From contig CBDHDG010000006.1 in the NCBI GenBank assembly GCA_965261595.1, positions 864,001-928,000 of the forward strand: a stretch of DNA of 64,000 bases. Reading direction: 5' to 3'. Shown here piece after piece: positions 52,529 through 62,817 of the stretch (its first letter is position 1; the number at the start of each line of letters is the position of its first letter). This DNA is from a bacterium (GTDB lineage Bacteria; UBA8248; JACPRG01; G963555815). The position numbers were made by a program, and so were the translations under genes. Below the pieces are notes generated by a model. It had not been told where the DNA came from, ran no database searches, and saw only the letters and a program-made list of their open reading frames with translations.

Positions 52529-53587
52529 TTACACAGAGTCTTTAGGCTGCGAACGGAACATCATGACGAACTTTTCAAAAAGCTCCGGGTCATAGAACCC
52601 GACGTTTTCCTCTTTCATGATGGACAGGGCCTGAAACGTGGTCATGGCCTCCTTGTAGGGCCGCCTGGAGGTGATGGCGTCAAAGCCGTCCGTGATCGCG
52701 GCGATCCTGGAGATGACGGGGAGCGTGTCTCCCGTGAGGCCGTAGGGGTAACCCGTGCCGTCCATCCGCTCGTGATGGTACAAGGTGATGTGCAGGACGT
52801 CCCGCTTCCGAATCCCCATCTCCTGAATCATCTGGGCGCTATCGGCCGGGTGTTTTTTGATGGCTTCCCATTCGAGGGGGGAGAGGGGACCGGCCTTTTT
52901 CAGAATACTCGCGTCGACGAGGCTCTTGGCCAGGTCGTGGTAGATAAACCCTTCCCCGAGCTCGTGGAGGTCGTCCAAAATGGGCTTCGCCTCCAGGATC
53001 CGCTTATCGGCCAGAACGCTCTGTGAAAAGCCCACACCCAGGATGCACACGTGCAGGCTGTGCGAATACGTATTGTAATCCCGCTGGGCCAGATTCATCA
53101 TGCTGAGGGCGCCCTGCTCGTTGGAATGGGCCAACAGGACGATGTTGCCCACAAGCTCCTGCGTCTTCTTGTAGTTTTCCGTGGATTCCGGGCGTTTGAA
53201 AAACGCCTCCATCACATTCTCCCCTTTTTCATAGAGGATGGAGGCCCGTTTCTCCAGGTCCACGGATTCGTCGGTCAGAATCTCTTCAAAGTTGTTTTCC
53301 ACGCTCATCGCGTAGGTCTTCAGGTGCTTCTCCTTGGTGTAAACGGCCAAGCCGTCGCGGCGGAGCTGTTCACGAATTCTTTTCGATAATCCGGCCCCCT
53401 GATTCGTGACCAGGATCAACTTGCGTTCTGGTCCCCGCCCAACCTGTCGGAAGATCGGAAAAGTGAGCTTGATGTTCACCGGAACAAGGTCGAGGTCGAT
53501 CGGGGCCAGCTCCTCGCCGAATTCCGTTTGCGGAGTCGGCTCGCCTTTCACCTGCTCATCGACCAGCGTGGGATTCATCCGCTTCAT
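52529..53587 (-). CDS. HD-GYP domain protein (c-di-GMP phosphodiesterase family)
   Basis: TYSHS, HDLAK, HHERMDGTGYP, DGFDAITSRRPYK. Confidence 0.9.
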   Translation of the reverse strand: MKRMNPTLVDEQVKGEPTPQTEFGEELAPIDLDLVPVNIKLTFPIFRQVGRGPERKLILVTNQGAGLSKRIREQLRRDGLAVYTKEKHLKTYAMSVENNFEEILTDESVDLEKRASILYEKGENVMEAFFKRPESTENYKKTQELVGNIVLLAHSNEQGALSMMNLAQRDYNTYSHSLHVCILGVGFSQSVLADKRILEAKPILDDLHELGEGFIYHDLAKSLVDASILKKAGPLSPLEWEAIKKHPADSAQMIQEMGIRKRDVLHITLYHHERMDGTGYPYGLTGDTLPVISRIAAITDGFDAITSRRPYKEAMTTFQALSIMKEENVGFYDPELFEKFVMMFRSQPKDSV

Positions 53588-53828
53588 TCCTCTCAAAAGG
53601 ATGCCTGGCTTCAATCCCCAATGGACGGGGGGGGCGGCCGGAAGCCGATATTCTTCGAACAGAGCGCTCCCCGCGGTCGCCTTCGCGCTCTTGAAGGCAT
53701 ATGGTCCTATCGGGAAACTCGCATGTTCCCTTAAGCCGAATCTTCGCGCCGCCTTCCTGTTGACGGGGCTCGCGCCCATCCGGTAACATCGCGCTCTTTC
53801 CGAACACCCGCCCAAGGAGGTCAGGCGC

Positions 53829-54833
53829 ATGTCCCCGTCCGTGCGATTCGGCGTCAATGTAAATACGCGCCTTCCCGTGATCTTCCCCGAAGATTACGGC
53901 CTGGATCAGCTCCTGGATCTGGCGGTCCAGGCCGAGGAGCTCGGTTACGAATCCGTTTGGGTGGGGGATAACTTCTTCTCGAAAGCCCGTCTGGAATCCA
54001 TCACCACGCTTTCGGCCATCGCGGCCCGGACGCGGCGCGTCAGGCTGGGCACGGCGGCGCTCATCTCTCCGCTCCGCCACACCGTGTGGCTGGCCCTGGC
54101 CTGGGGGACGCTCGACCGAATCTCCAAGGGGCGGACCCTCCTCGCCATCTGCGTGGGCGGGGGGAGCGCCGAGTCGGGCGGCCCGGGGTTCACGGCGGAG
54201 TTCGATGTCGCCCGCATCCCCTACAAAAAGCGGGGCCGGCTGTTGGAGGAGCAGATTACGATTTTGCGCGAGTTGTGGTCGGACGGGCCGGTCCAAAGAG
54301 ACGATGAATTTCACACCCTGCCGGGTCTGGACCTGGAGCCCAAACCCGCGCAGTCGGGGGGTCCGCCAATCTGGATCTCCAACAACCCGCAGGTCTTTGA
54401 TCTCGACGCCCCCATCGTGGAGCGAATGCTCCGCCGGGTGGCCCGCCTCGCCGACGGCTGGATGACCTGCACGGCGACCCCCGAAGAGTTCCGCGCGCTT
54501 TGGGGCCGGGTCCGGGAATATGCCGACGAGTATGGCCGTCCGGAGGACGCGGTGACACCCGCGTATCAAATCACGCTGAACGTGGGGAAGGACCGGGCCT
54601 CCGCGCGGGCCGAGGCCCTGGAAGTCCTGAACCGGTACTATTCGACCGAGCACCGGGATCTGTCCGAGGGCATGTGGGAGCGGGACCCCTTCGGCGCGCC
54701 CGGGGAAGTTCAGGATCACCTGGGCGGGATGATCGAGGCCGGCGTCCGCAAGTTCATCCTCCGGTTCGCCTCCCGCAACCAGGCGGAGCAGGTCGAGCGG
54801 TTCACCGATTCGGTCTGGCCGGCGTTTCGATGA
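53829..54833 (+). CDS. LLM class flavin-dependent oxidoreductase
   Basis: AEELGYESVWVGD, AARTRRVRLGT, PKPAQSGGPPIW, RVARLADGW. Confidence 0.88.
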   Translation: MSPSVRFGVNVNTRLPVIFPEDYGLDQLLDLAVQAEELGYESVWVGDNFFSKARLESITTLSAIAARTRRVRLGTAALISPLRHTVWLALAWGTLDRISKGRTLLAICVGGGSAESGGPGFTAEFDVARIPYKKRGRLLEEQITILRELWSDGPVQRDDEFHTLPGLDLEPKPAQSGGPPIWISNNPQVFDLDAPIVERMLRRVARLADGWMTCTATPEEFRALWGRVREYADEYGRPEDAVTPAYQITLNVGKDRASARAEALEVLNRYYSTEHRDLSEGMWERDPFGAPGEVQDHLGGMIEAGVRKFILRFASRNQAEQVERFTDSVWPAFR

Positions 54834-55027
54834 GGCCGTTTGGAAACGCCGGGGAGAAAATCCGATTGACACGCCCGGAAGGCCTCGGTTAAGATTCTGT
54901 ACACGGTCCAGTTCAATGTCCTTTTCGGCATCGGGAAAGTGGGGAAGGGCGATTCATGGGGCCTCCCGGAGGGTCGGGTTCCGGGTTGAGCCGAAGCATA
55001 TAACCCCCGAGAGATGAGGATGGGTTG

Positions 55028-56419
55028 ATGGTCAAGTCCAGAGCTCTATCGAAAACGGGAATCTTGAGCTTCGTCGTCGTCTTGGTGCTTTGGCTCCTCA
55101 AGGCGTCAGGCGGCATCACGGAAACGGGTATCTTTTACTCGGTCCTGACCCCCCTCGGCGCCATCCTCTTGATGGTCGTCGTGTATCTACTGGTCCTCGG
55201 GGCGGGGCAGGCGTATTTCCACAACAACCAGGCTTTGCGCCGGATCAGCCCGTTGTTGACCGGGGTCTGGGCATATTTGCTGCTGGCGCCTTTGTCGGTG
55301 GTGGCGCAATGGATGGAGTACTTTCCCGAAGGCACCTCCACTATCATCCTGTGGGCGATGGTCGGGATCGGGGTGTGGGTGGTTCTGATGTGGCTGTTCA
55401 GCTTCGTCCTGACCAAGATCGTGCCGACGATCAACGCGATCCTGGCCCAGGGTTTTACGGCGATCTGGGGGGTGGCCCTGATCATCGGGGCCACCTACTT
55501 CTTCGCGTCGGTGAAACTGGCCCCCCCGAACTTGGGCTGGCAAGTGGCGCTGTTCTTCATCCTGTTCGCGCTCTGGCTGGGGCTGGTTTACCCGGGATAC
55601 TTCTTCATCCGAGGCCTGGTCGCGAATGAACGCATCCGTCCGGGAACGGATCGCATCCTGACGACGCTGTGGAGCATCGTGATCCTGGTCTGTTTGTGGG
55701 AGGTTTGGGTCAATGTCGCCAATATCCCGCAGTTCCTTGTTCCGTCCCCTTCGGACACGGCGAAGGAGATGTATGAGAAGGCCCATCTGCTCGGCACCCA
55801 CGTCAACACGACCCTGCTGGAAACCATTCTGGGGTACCTGCTCGGGATCCTGATCGGCATCCTCTCGGCGGTCTTGATCGTCTGGTATAAGTTCCTCGAG
55901 GATGTCCTGTATCCACTCCTTGTCATCCTTCAGATCATCCCCAAGATCGCCATCGCCCCCCTCCTGCTCATCTGGGTGGGCTACGGGGCGACCTCCAAGG
56001 TGTTGATTGCCTTTCTGATCGGCTACTTCCCCATCGTGGTGAGCATGATTACGGGGCTGCGGCTGGTCGAGGCCGATCTGCTTGATCTGGCCCGCTCCTT
56101 CCGCGCGACCAAGTGGCAGATCCTGTCGAAGATCAGGTTCCCCAACTCGCTCCCCTTCCTGTTCAACGGCTTGCAGATCTCCATCACCCTGGCCGTCATC
56201 GGGGCCATCGTCGGGGAGTTCGTCGGCGGAAGCAAGGGGCTGGGATACCTCATCATCGTCTCCAACTACGAGTTGAACACGCCGCTCATGTTCACCTCCC
56301 TGTTCCTTCTCTCGATCATCGGCCTGTCGCTGTTCGGACTCATCGTCAAGCTGCAAAAGATAATGATTCCGTGGGCGGTCCAGGAAGAGGGCGATTTGCC
56401 GGTGGTGGGCGGCGGTTGA
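55028..56419 (+). CDS. ABC transporter permease (NitT/TauT/SsuC type) with long N-terminal membrane extension
   Basis: C-terminal half: VPSPS, PKIAIAPLL, KIRFPNSLP, GAIVGEF, GLGYLI. Confidence 0.85.
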   Translation: MVKSRALSKTGILSFVVVLVLWLLKASGGITETGIFYSVLTPLGAILLMVVVYLLVLGAGQAYFHNNQALRRISPLLTGVWAYLLLAPLSVVAQWMEYFPEGTSTIILWAMVGIGVWVVLMWLFSFVLTKIVPTINAILAQGFTAIWGVALIIGATYFFASVKLAPPNLGWQVALFFILFALWLGLVYPGYFFIRGLVANERIRPGTDRILTTLWSIVILVCLWEVWVNVANIPQFLVPSPSDTAKEMYEKAHLLGTHVNTTLLETILGYLLGILIGILSAVLIVWYKFLEDVLYPLLVILQIIPKIAIAPLLLIWVGYGATSKVLIAFLIGYFPIVVSMITGLRLVEADLLDLARSFRATKWQILSKIRFPNSLPFLFNGLQISITLAVIGAIVGEFVGGSKGLGYLIIVSNYELNTPLMFTSLFLLSIIGLSLFGLIVKLQKIMIPWAVQEEGDLPVVGGG

Positions 56420-56677
56420 TTCTGAACGACACCCCGCCCCCGGGACGATGGTCGGAAAACCGCCGTCCCGGGGGCTTTTTTCGATGGGATTCCCGAAATG
56501 CCTGGATTCTCCGGGCGGGAGCGTGGGCGTGAATCCCACGCCGCGCAGGGGTTTCTTGACTCGCGCCCGGCGGGGTGGCAAGATCGAAGGCTCCCAAAGA
56601 CGGGCGAAATCCAAAACCCCTTGAGGGGCGCGCCGGAATTTCGGCCGGCCATCCGATTCGGCATTCAGAGGAGCATC

Positions 56678-58126
56678 ATGAACCCAGTCGCCACTTACAC
56701 CCCGGATCTTCGGGGATTCATCGAGTACCTGGAGGAAAAGCATCCCGATCAGGTGATCCGGATCACAAAGGAGGTGGACCCCCGCTTCGGCGTGACGGGC
56801 ATCATCGACCGCCTGGAAAGGGAAAACCAGTTTCCTCTGGTCATCTTCGAGAACGTGAAGGGCTCCAAGATCCCGCTCATCGCCAACATGCACGCCGACT
56901 TCAAGCGGCTGCGCCTTTCCCTCGGGATGGAAGAGGGCTCGGTCAAGGATTTCCTCACCGAGTACCACAAACGCGAGTCAAGCCCCATCGCCCCGGAGAT
57001 GGTCGAGACCGGCCCCGTCAAAGAGGTCATCAAGATCGGCGACGAGGTGGACGTCAATGAGCTGCCCATCTGCACCTATCACGAAAAGGACGCCGGCAAG
57101 TACATCACAGCGGGGTTGGACCTGATGCGGGACCCGGATACGGGCGTCAACAACATCGGCATCTACCGCTTGATGGTGAAAGACCGCAACAGCTTCGGCA
57201 TCCAACTCTCAGAGACGGCCCACGGCAACTACATCTGGAAAACGTATGAGAAGCGGGGGCTCCCCTGCCCGATGGCGGTCATCATCGGGCACCATCCCGC
57301 ATTCTTTCTGGGGACGCTGAGCTTCACGCCGCTGCAGACGGACGAGATCAACATCGCCGGGGGCATCCTGGAGCGGGCCGTCCAGATGGTGAAGTGCGAA
57401 ACCATCCCCCTGGAAGTGCCGGCCGACGCGGAAATCGTCCTGGAGTGCGAGATCCTTCCGCACATCCGCGAGGAAGAGGCCCCCTTCGGCGAATACCCCG
57501 GGACGTACGGTCCCATGCGGATGAACCCGGTGGTCAAGGTCAAGGCCATCACCCACCGGAAGGACCCGCTGTATCAGAACGCCTTCGTCGGCCATCCCGA
57601 CAATCTCCTCCTGTCCGGGCTCATCCGATCGACGTTCATCGAGGACACGGTGAAGATCGCCTGTCCGACCGTGAAGGGGGTTCACATGCCCCGGGCGGGG
57701 CGCTTTCGCTTCATCTGCTACATCGCCATTGAAACGATGATTGAAGGCGAGGCCAAGCAGGCGGCCATGGCGGCCTTCGTGGCCGACCCGTTCCTGAAGT
57801 TCGCCATCGTCGTGGACCATGACGTGGACATCACCAACGACACCGAAGTCCTGCACGCCATCGGGAACCGGGTGCGGGGGGACCGCGACATCTTCATGAT
57901 CACGTACGCGAAGGGATCGCCGCTCGACCCGGCCTCCTACGACCCGGCGGGAGGCTCCCACCTGGTCACCAAGGTGGGGATCGACGCGACCCGGAAATCC
58001 AACTACCCGGACGAGATCTCCGTGCCGGGCGTGGACGAGATCAATCTGGCGGATTACATCGACGGCTGGCAATCCTCGGGCGAAGTCCGAAGGGGGCTGT
58101 ACGGAACCGGTGTGGATTTGCCTTAA
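56678..58126 (+). CDS. UbiD family (prFMN-dependent) decarboxylase
   Basis: DLRGFI, DAGKYIT, NIGIYR, VPADAEIVLE, EEAPFGEYPG, VVDHDVDI, LDP, KVGIDAT. Confidence 0.92.
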   Translation: MNPVATYTPDLRGFIEYLEEKHPDQVIRITKEVDPRFGVTGIIDRLERENQFPLVIFENVKGSKIPLIANMHADFKRLRLSLGMEEGSVKDFLTEYHKRESSPIAPEMVETGPVKEVIKIGDEVDVNELPICTYHEKDAGKYITAGLDLMRDPDTGVNNIGIYRLMVKDRNSFGIQLSETAHGNYIWKTYEKRGLPCPMAVIIGHHPAFFLGTLSFTPLQTDEINIAGGILERAVQMVKCETIPLEVPADAEIVLECEILPHIREEEAPFGEYPGTYGPMRMNPVVKVKAITHRKDPLYQNAFVGHPDNLLLSGLIRSTFIEDTVKIACPTVKGVHMPRAGRFRFICYIAIETMIEGEAKQAAMAAFVADPFLKFAIVVDHDVDITNDTEVLHAIGNRVRGDRDIFMITYAKGSPLDPASYDPAGGSHLVTKVGIDATRKSNYPDEISVPGVDEINLADYIDGWQSSGEVRRGLYGTGVDLP

Positions 58127-58161
58127 GACCGGCGCTCTTTAATCGAGAGGGAGAATTCGAA

Positions 58162-59028
58162 GTGAGAAACTTCGAGTGGCTGGAGCCGACAAGCGTGGCC
58201 GAGGCCGGGCGAATGGTCACGGAAAACGGGGAGGGGGCGAAGATCATGGCCTCGGGAACCTCGCTCCTTCTCCTCATGCGCCAGCGGATTTTCAGCCCGA
58301 CGCACGTGGTGAGCCTGGGCGCGGTCGACGGCCTGGATTACATCCGGTTCGACGGCGGCGACCTGCGGATCGGCGCGCGCACGAAACACCGGAGCATCGA
58401 GCATGACCCGGAAATCGCGGCGCAATTCCCCATGATCGCCGAAATGGCCCGCCGCGTGGCCAACCCGCAAATCCGAAACATGGCGACCATCGGCGGAAAC
58501 CTGGTCCACAACGATCCGGCCTCCGACCCGCCAGCCTGCTTTCTGGCCATGGACGCGACCGTTGCGGCCGTGCGCGAGGATCAGGAGCGCGAAATACCGC
58601 TGGAAGAGCTCTTCGTCGACTTCTACGAGACCTCCCTGGAGCCGGGGGAAGTGCTGACGGAAATCCGGATCCCGGCCCTGTCGGCGGATTCCGTGGGCGT
58701 CTACACCCGGTTCACCACCACCCCGGCCGAAGACCGGCCGCTTCTGGGCGTGGGGATGGTCCTGACCCTGGACAAAGACGGAACGTGCACCGACGCACGG
58801 ATCTCGTTGGGGGCCTCCACCCCGATTCCTGTCCGGGCCCGGGCGGCGGAAGAAGCCCTGAAGGGCCAACCGGCGACGGAGGAGGTTTTCGCCAAAGCGG
58901 GGCTGGCCGCTTCTGAAGAAATCACGCCGCTGGATGATTTTCGGGGCTCCGCGGATTACCGGCGGGAGATCATCAAGGTTATCGTCAGGCGAACAGCGAT
59001 GCGGGCGCTCGAGCGCGCCCGGGGATAA
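58162..59028 (+). CDS. Xanthine/CO dehydrogenase family FAD-binding subunit (CoxM/CutM-like)
   Basis: ASGTSL, PQIRNMATIGGN, DPASD, DDFRGSADYR. Confidence 0.9.
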   Translation: MRNFEWLEPTSVAEAGRMVTENGEGAKIMASGTSLLLLMRQRIFSPTHVVSLGAVDGLDYIRFDGGDLRIGARTKHRSIEHDPEIAAQFPMIAEMARRVANPQIRNMATIGGNLVHNDPASDPPACFLAMDATVAAVREDQEREIPLEELFVDFYETSLEPGEVLTEIRIPALSADSVGVYTRFTTTPAEDRPLLGVGMVLTLDKDGTCTDARISLGASTPIPVRARAAEEALKGQPATEEVFAKAGLAASEEITPLDDFRGSADYRREIIKVIVRRTAMRALERARG

Positions 59029-59042
59029 GGAAGGATCGGGAC

Positions 59043-59534
59043 GTGAAAAAACGACTGATCACGCTTCGCGTCAACGGTGAAGAGCACGAAATCGCGGTCG
59101 AGCCCCGTCGCCTGCTGGTGGAAGCCATCCGGGACGACCTGGGATTGACCGGGACGAAGCGCGGGTGCGAATCCGGGGTCTGCGGGTGCTGCACCATCCT
59201 TCTGGACGGCCACAACATCAAGGCCTGCCTCATACTGGCCGTTCAGGTGCAAGAGGACTCCGAGGTGACGACCATCGAGGGGCTGCGCGGCGATGAAGGC
59301 GGCCTGCACCCCATCCAGGAGGCGTATGTGAATTACGGCGCCCTTCAGTGCGGCTATTGCACGCCGGGGTTCATCATGACGACCAAGGCCTTTCTGGATG
59401 AGAATCCCAAACCCACCGAAGCGGAAATCCGCGAGGGCCTGGGGGGCAACATCTGCCGTTGCACGGGTTACGTGAAGATTGTGGAGGCCATCCAGGCCGC
59501 CTCCGGACAAGAGGTGTCCCACGCACATCCTTGA
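59043..59534 (+). CDS. Xanthine/CO dehydrogenase family 2Fe-2S subunit (CoxS/CutS-like)
   Basis: GCESGVCGCCT, QCGYCTPG, GNICRCTGY. Confidence 0.92.
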   Translation: MKKRLITLRVNGEEHEIAVEPRRLLVEAIRDDLGLTGTKRGCESGVCGCCTILLDGHNIKACLILAVQVQEDSEVTTIEGLRGDEGGLHPIQEAYVNYGALQCGYCTPGFIMTTKAFLDENPKPTEAEIREGLGGNICRCTGYVKIVEAIQAASGQEVSHAHP

Positions 59535-59583
59535 GGACCCCGACCGAAGGATTCAACGTCGGCCACGCCCGCGGTTGTTCACG

Positions 59584-59619
59584 AAGGAGACCTCCTTATC
59601 TACGGGGTCTCCTTTTTTT
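59584..59619 (+). terminator. Intrinsic terminator after the coxS-like gene
   Basis: aaggagacc..ggtctcctt stem followed by a T run. Confidence 0.7.
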
Positions 59620-59635
59620 CTGACGGAGAAGTCCT

Positions 59636-60415
59636 ATCCGACTGACGATCCTGGGTTCCTATGGCGGCACGACCGATCGGTGCCTGCCGACCTCCTTCCT
59701 GCTGAATGAGACCCTCCTCCTGGACGCCGGCTCGGCCGCCGCCGCGCTCTCGCTCGACGCGCAATCCGCCATCGGGGACGTCCTGCTCTCTCACGCCCAC
59801 ATCGATCACGTGGCGGGCCTCTGCTCCCTGCTGGACAACACCTTCGGGCAACGCGCGGAACCCCTCCGCGTATGGTGCCTGGATGAGACGGCGGAGGCCC
59901 TGGAGTCTCACCTGTTCAACGACAAACTCTGGCCGAATCTGGTCGCGGGCTCATCCGGGGGTTCGCCGGTGATCGAGCTCCGTCGGATCGCCCCGGGCGA
60001 AACTTTCCGCCTCCCCCAGAGCGGCGTGACGTTCGACGTCACCCCCTATCCGGTCAACCATACCGTTCCGACCGCCGGGTTCATCCTCCGGGCGCCGGAA
60101 GGCGGCCTCCTGTTCACCGCCGACACCGGACCGACGGAGGCCATCTGGGAGGCCGCCGGGGACGGGGGCGAGCTTCGGTGCATCATCACCGAAACCTCCT
60201 TTCCGGATGAGCTGGGGGAAGTCGCCCGTTTGTCCGGCCATCTGACGCCCGCCCTGCTCCAGGCGGAGCTCCGGAAGATGCCGCCCGAGGTTCCGGTCTT
60301 TCTGTATCACGCCAAGCCGGCCCACCTGGAGACCCTCCTCAGACAGGTCCACGCCCTGGGAGAGCCCAGGGTCCGCTGGCTCGAACAGGGAGAGACGTAT
60401 CACTTCGGCCGTTGA
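59636..60415 (+). CDS. MBL-fold hydrolase (class II cyclic-nucleotide phosphodiesterase-like); probable ATC start
   Basis: Frame reads IRLTILGSYGG..LLLDAG..LSHAHIDH upstream of ORF 59810; VNHTVP, ADTGPT, SGHLTP, YHAKP; GGAG before ATC. Confidence 0.82.
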   Translation: MRLTILGSYGGTTDRCLPTSFLLNETLLLDAGSAAAALSLDAQSAIGDVLLSHAHIDHVAGLCSLLDNTFGQRAEPLRVWCLDETAEALESHLFNDKLWPNLVAGSSGGSPVIELRRIAPGETFRLPQSGVTFDVTPYPVNHTVPTAGFILRAPEGGLLFTADTGPTEAIWEAAGDGGELRCIITETSFPDELGEVARLSGHLTPALLQAELRKMPPEVPVFLYHAKPAHLETLLRQVHALGEPRVRWLEQGETYHFGR

Positions 60416-60485
60416 ACGGCTGTCGGCCCGGCTCCGACAACTTCCGCCCGTCCAACCGTCAGCGAACGCGGGATCCTGGCACACA

Positions 60486-61133
60486 ATGGCTTCAACCGAA
60501 AAGGACGACACGGTGAGCGAACCCGCCCGGTTCACGGAAGATGAGCTCGCCCTCATCGCGGACAAGGAGTTTTTCCGGAGAAAGCTCGAGGTCAGCGGGA
60601 AGATCCGGGCGGGCTTTACTGAGCTGCGAAGTGATCTGCTGGACCATATGAAGCCGGAGCGGTATCTCGCCCCCCAAGGCGTGGATTTCACCGAGGGGAA
60701 GTTGAGCGGAGGCGAGAAACATTACGATCTCCCTTACCTCTTCCTGGATTTCCCGCGCCGGTTCTCAAAGGAGTTCATATTCGCCTACCGGTCGATATTC
60801 TGGTGGGGACACCATTTTCTGTTCACCCTGATCCTCTCGGGGGAGCATCTCTCCGAATATCAGAGTCGGGCCTTCGCCGGTTGGGACGGCCTGGCGGCGC
60901 GCGAAGACTGGATCGCCGTCACCCCGGATCCCTTTGAGTGGCGGCGGGGGGAGGAGTTCTTCCGGCGCATCCGGCCCGGCGGACCGGGCGACCTCGAGGA
61001 TGTTCTCCGGCAGCTCCCTTTCCTCAAGCTGATCCACTTCGTCCCGTTCGACGACCCCCGGGTCAAGGACGGCCGATGGGTCCGGACCGGGCTTGAGACC
61101 TTCCGGGACTGGGAGTTCGTGATTTCCCGCTGA
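60486..61133 (+). CDS. Hypothetical protein
   Basis: 215-aa ORF with host-like GC3 bias and an aromatic-rich segment LPYLFLDFPR..FWWG; no function recognised. Confidence 0.7.
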   Translation: MASTEKDDTVSEPARFTEDELALIADKEFFRRKLEVSGKIRAGFTELRSDLLDHMKPERYLAPQGVDFTEGKLSGGEKHYDLPYLFLDFPRRFSKEFIFAYRSIFWWGHHFLFTLILSGEHLSEYQSRAFAGWDGLAAREDWIAVTPDPFEWRRGEEFFRRIRPGGPGDLEDVLRQLPFLKLIHFVPFDDPRVKDGRWVRTGLETFRDWEFVISR

Positions 61134-61228
61134 TGGCGGATGCCCGATCCCATCACGCGCGTGAGCCATCCCCACGCGGAAGCCGGGGTAGGATAAGGTG
61201 GGGCGGGAGAAAGTCGGCCGGCGGACAC

Positions 61229-61261
61229 AAAAAACCTCCCGTCCTCAGAGAACGGGAGGTT
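61229..61261 (-). terminator. Intrinsic terminator downstream of the ferredoxin gene
   Basis: aacctcccgt/acgggaggtt stem preceded by an A run on the + strand. Confidence 0.7.
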
Positions 61262-61283
61262 GGATTCGATTTTGCGCCGGGAT

Positions 61284-61586
61284 TCAGGTCCGGAACCGCG
61301 ACAGGTCCGGCGTCAGGTCCGCCAAGTCCGGAACGTCCTTGTCCGGATGGATTGCTTTGGCGCGGCCCAACAAGAGCTCTTCCGTCTCCTCGTTATTGGG
61401 GTCCGCAACGCAGCAATCGACCGGGCAGACGACGGCGCACTGCTCTTCGTCGTGGAACCCCACGCACTCCGTGCACGTGTTGGGATCGATGACGAAAATG
61501 TCTTCCCCTTCGGTGATGGCTTCGTTGGGGCATTCAGGCTCGCACACCCCGCAATTGATGCATTCATCCGTGATCATGGTTGCCAT
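61284..61586 (-). CDS. YfhL-type 2x[4Fe-4S] ferredoxin
   Basis: CINCGVCEPECP and CTECVGFHDEEQCAVVCPVDC. Confidence 0.92.
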   Translation of the reverse strand: MATMITDECINCGVCEPECPNEAITEGEDIFVIDPNTCTECVGFHDEEQCAVVCPVDCCVADPNNEETEELLLGRAKAIHPDKDVPDLADLTPDLSRFRT

Positions 61587-61809
61587 ACAAGTTTCTCCCG
61601 CTTTGATTCGGAATTTACACACAGCGCGATCCAAAAAGACTCGCCCCTCTGGCGCCAGTGTCCTTTGAACCGCAACTTTCAACCCCTGCCGCCGTGTCAA
61701 ACGGCGGATGGGCATTCCCTCACTTTATCGGCGGCGCCCACGGGATTCGTTATAACGAATTCGGGCATCCCCCCCCCCTCGCCACGCCCCTCCGGATCCC
61801 GTTCCTCCT

Positions 61810-62817
61810 TCAAGGCCCTCCGGACGACCCGGCCGCCTTCAGTTTGTTTTCTTCACGCAGGCCGATGGCGTGGTCGATGACGGACCGTAAAATCTCATCC
61901 AACTGGATTTGCGCCTCCCAGCCGATGATGTTCTTGATCTTCGTCGTGTCCGGCACCCGCCGCCTCATGTCCTCGAAGCCTTGGCCGTACGCCTGCTCGT
62001 AGGGGATGATTTGGATCTCCGAGTCGCTTCCGGTCATCTCCTTCACGCGGCGCGCCAGTTCTACAATGCTGATCTCCACGGGATTGCCGATGTTGAAGAC
62101 CTGCCCCGGCGCGTCCGGGTGGTCCATCAACCCCACCAGGGCGCGGACAACGTCGGCAATGTGGCCGAAGCAGCGGCTTTGCGCGCCGTCGCCGAACACC
62201 CGGATCGGCTCACCCGCGAGGGCCGACTCGACGAAGTTCGGGATCACCATCCCATACGCGGCCGACTGGCGGGGTCCGACGGTGTTGAACAAACGCACGA
62301 TGACGACGGGAAGCTGGTATTCGTTCCAGTACGCAAGGGCCAGGGACTCATCCAGGGTCTTGGTGTTGGCGTAGGCCCAGCGGTGTTTCATGACGGAGCC
62401 CATCACCCGGTCATCGTCCTCTTTCAGCGGACCGGCGCTGTTCTTGCCGTAGACCTCCGAGGTCGACGCGATCAGGAGTTTTTTCTGATGCCGGTGGGCG
62501 GTCTTGAGAACCACCTCGGTTCCCCCGACGTTCGTCTCGATGGTCTCGACGGGCTTCTCCATGACCAGCTTGACGCCGACCGCCGCGGCCAGGTGGTAGA
62601 CCTCATCGGCCCCGCTCACGAGAGGGTCCGTCACGCCCGCATCGGTCAAGGAGCCTTCCACGAGCTCCAGATTCGGGTTATCGAACAAATGCTCGATGTT
62701 CCCGGCCTCCCCCGTGGAGAGGTTGTCCAGGATAGTGACCCGGTCCCCCCGGGCCAGGAGCGCTTCTGTCAGATGAGAGCCGATAAAGCCGGCCCCCCCG
62801 GTCACCAAAATATGCAT
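61810..62817 (-). CDS. NAD-dependent nucleotide-sugar epimerase/dehydratase
   Basis: ILVTGGAGFIGSHL, HLAAAVGV, STSEVYG, YANTK, RLFNTVGPRQ. Confidence 0.9.
   Translation of the reverse strand: MHILVTGGAGFIGSHLTEALLARGDRVTILDNLSTGEAGNIEHLFDNPNLELVEGSLTDAGVTDPLVSGADEVYHLAAAVGVKLVMEKPVETIETNVGGTEVVLKTAHRHQKKLLIASTSEVYGKNSAGPLKEDDDRVMGSVMKHRWAYANTKTLDESLALAYWNEYQLPVVIVRLFNTVGPRQSAAYGMVIPNFVESALAGEPIRVFGDGAQSRCFGHIADVVRALVGLMDHPDAPGQVFNIGNPVEISIVELARRVKEMTGSDSEIQIIPYEQAYGQGFEDMRRRVPDTTKIKNIIGWEAQIQLDEILRSVIDHAIGLREENKLKAAGSSGGP

Noticed and set aside
58162..59534. Aerobic CO dehydrogenase
   Set aside because: No large subunit is present to show the diagnostic active-site motif; M and S subunits are shared by many molybdenum hydroxylases.
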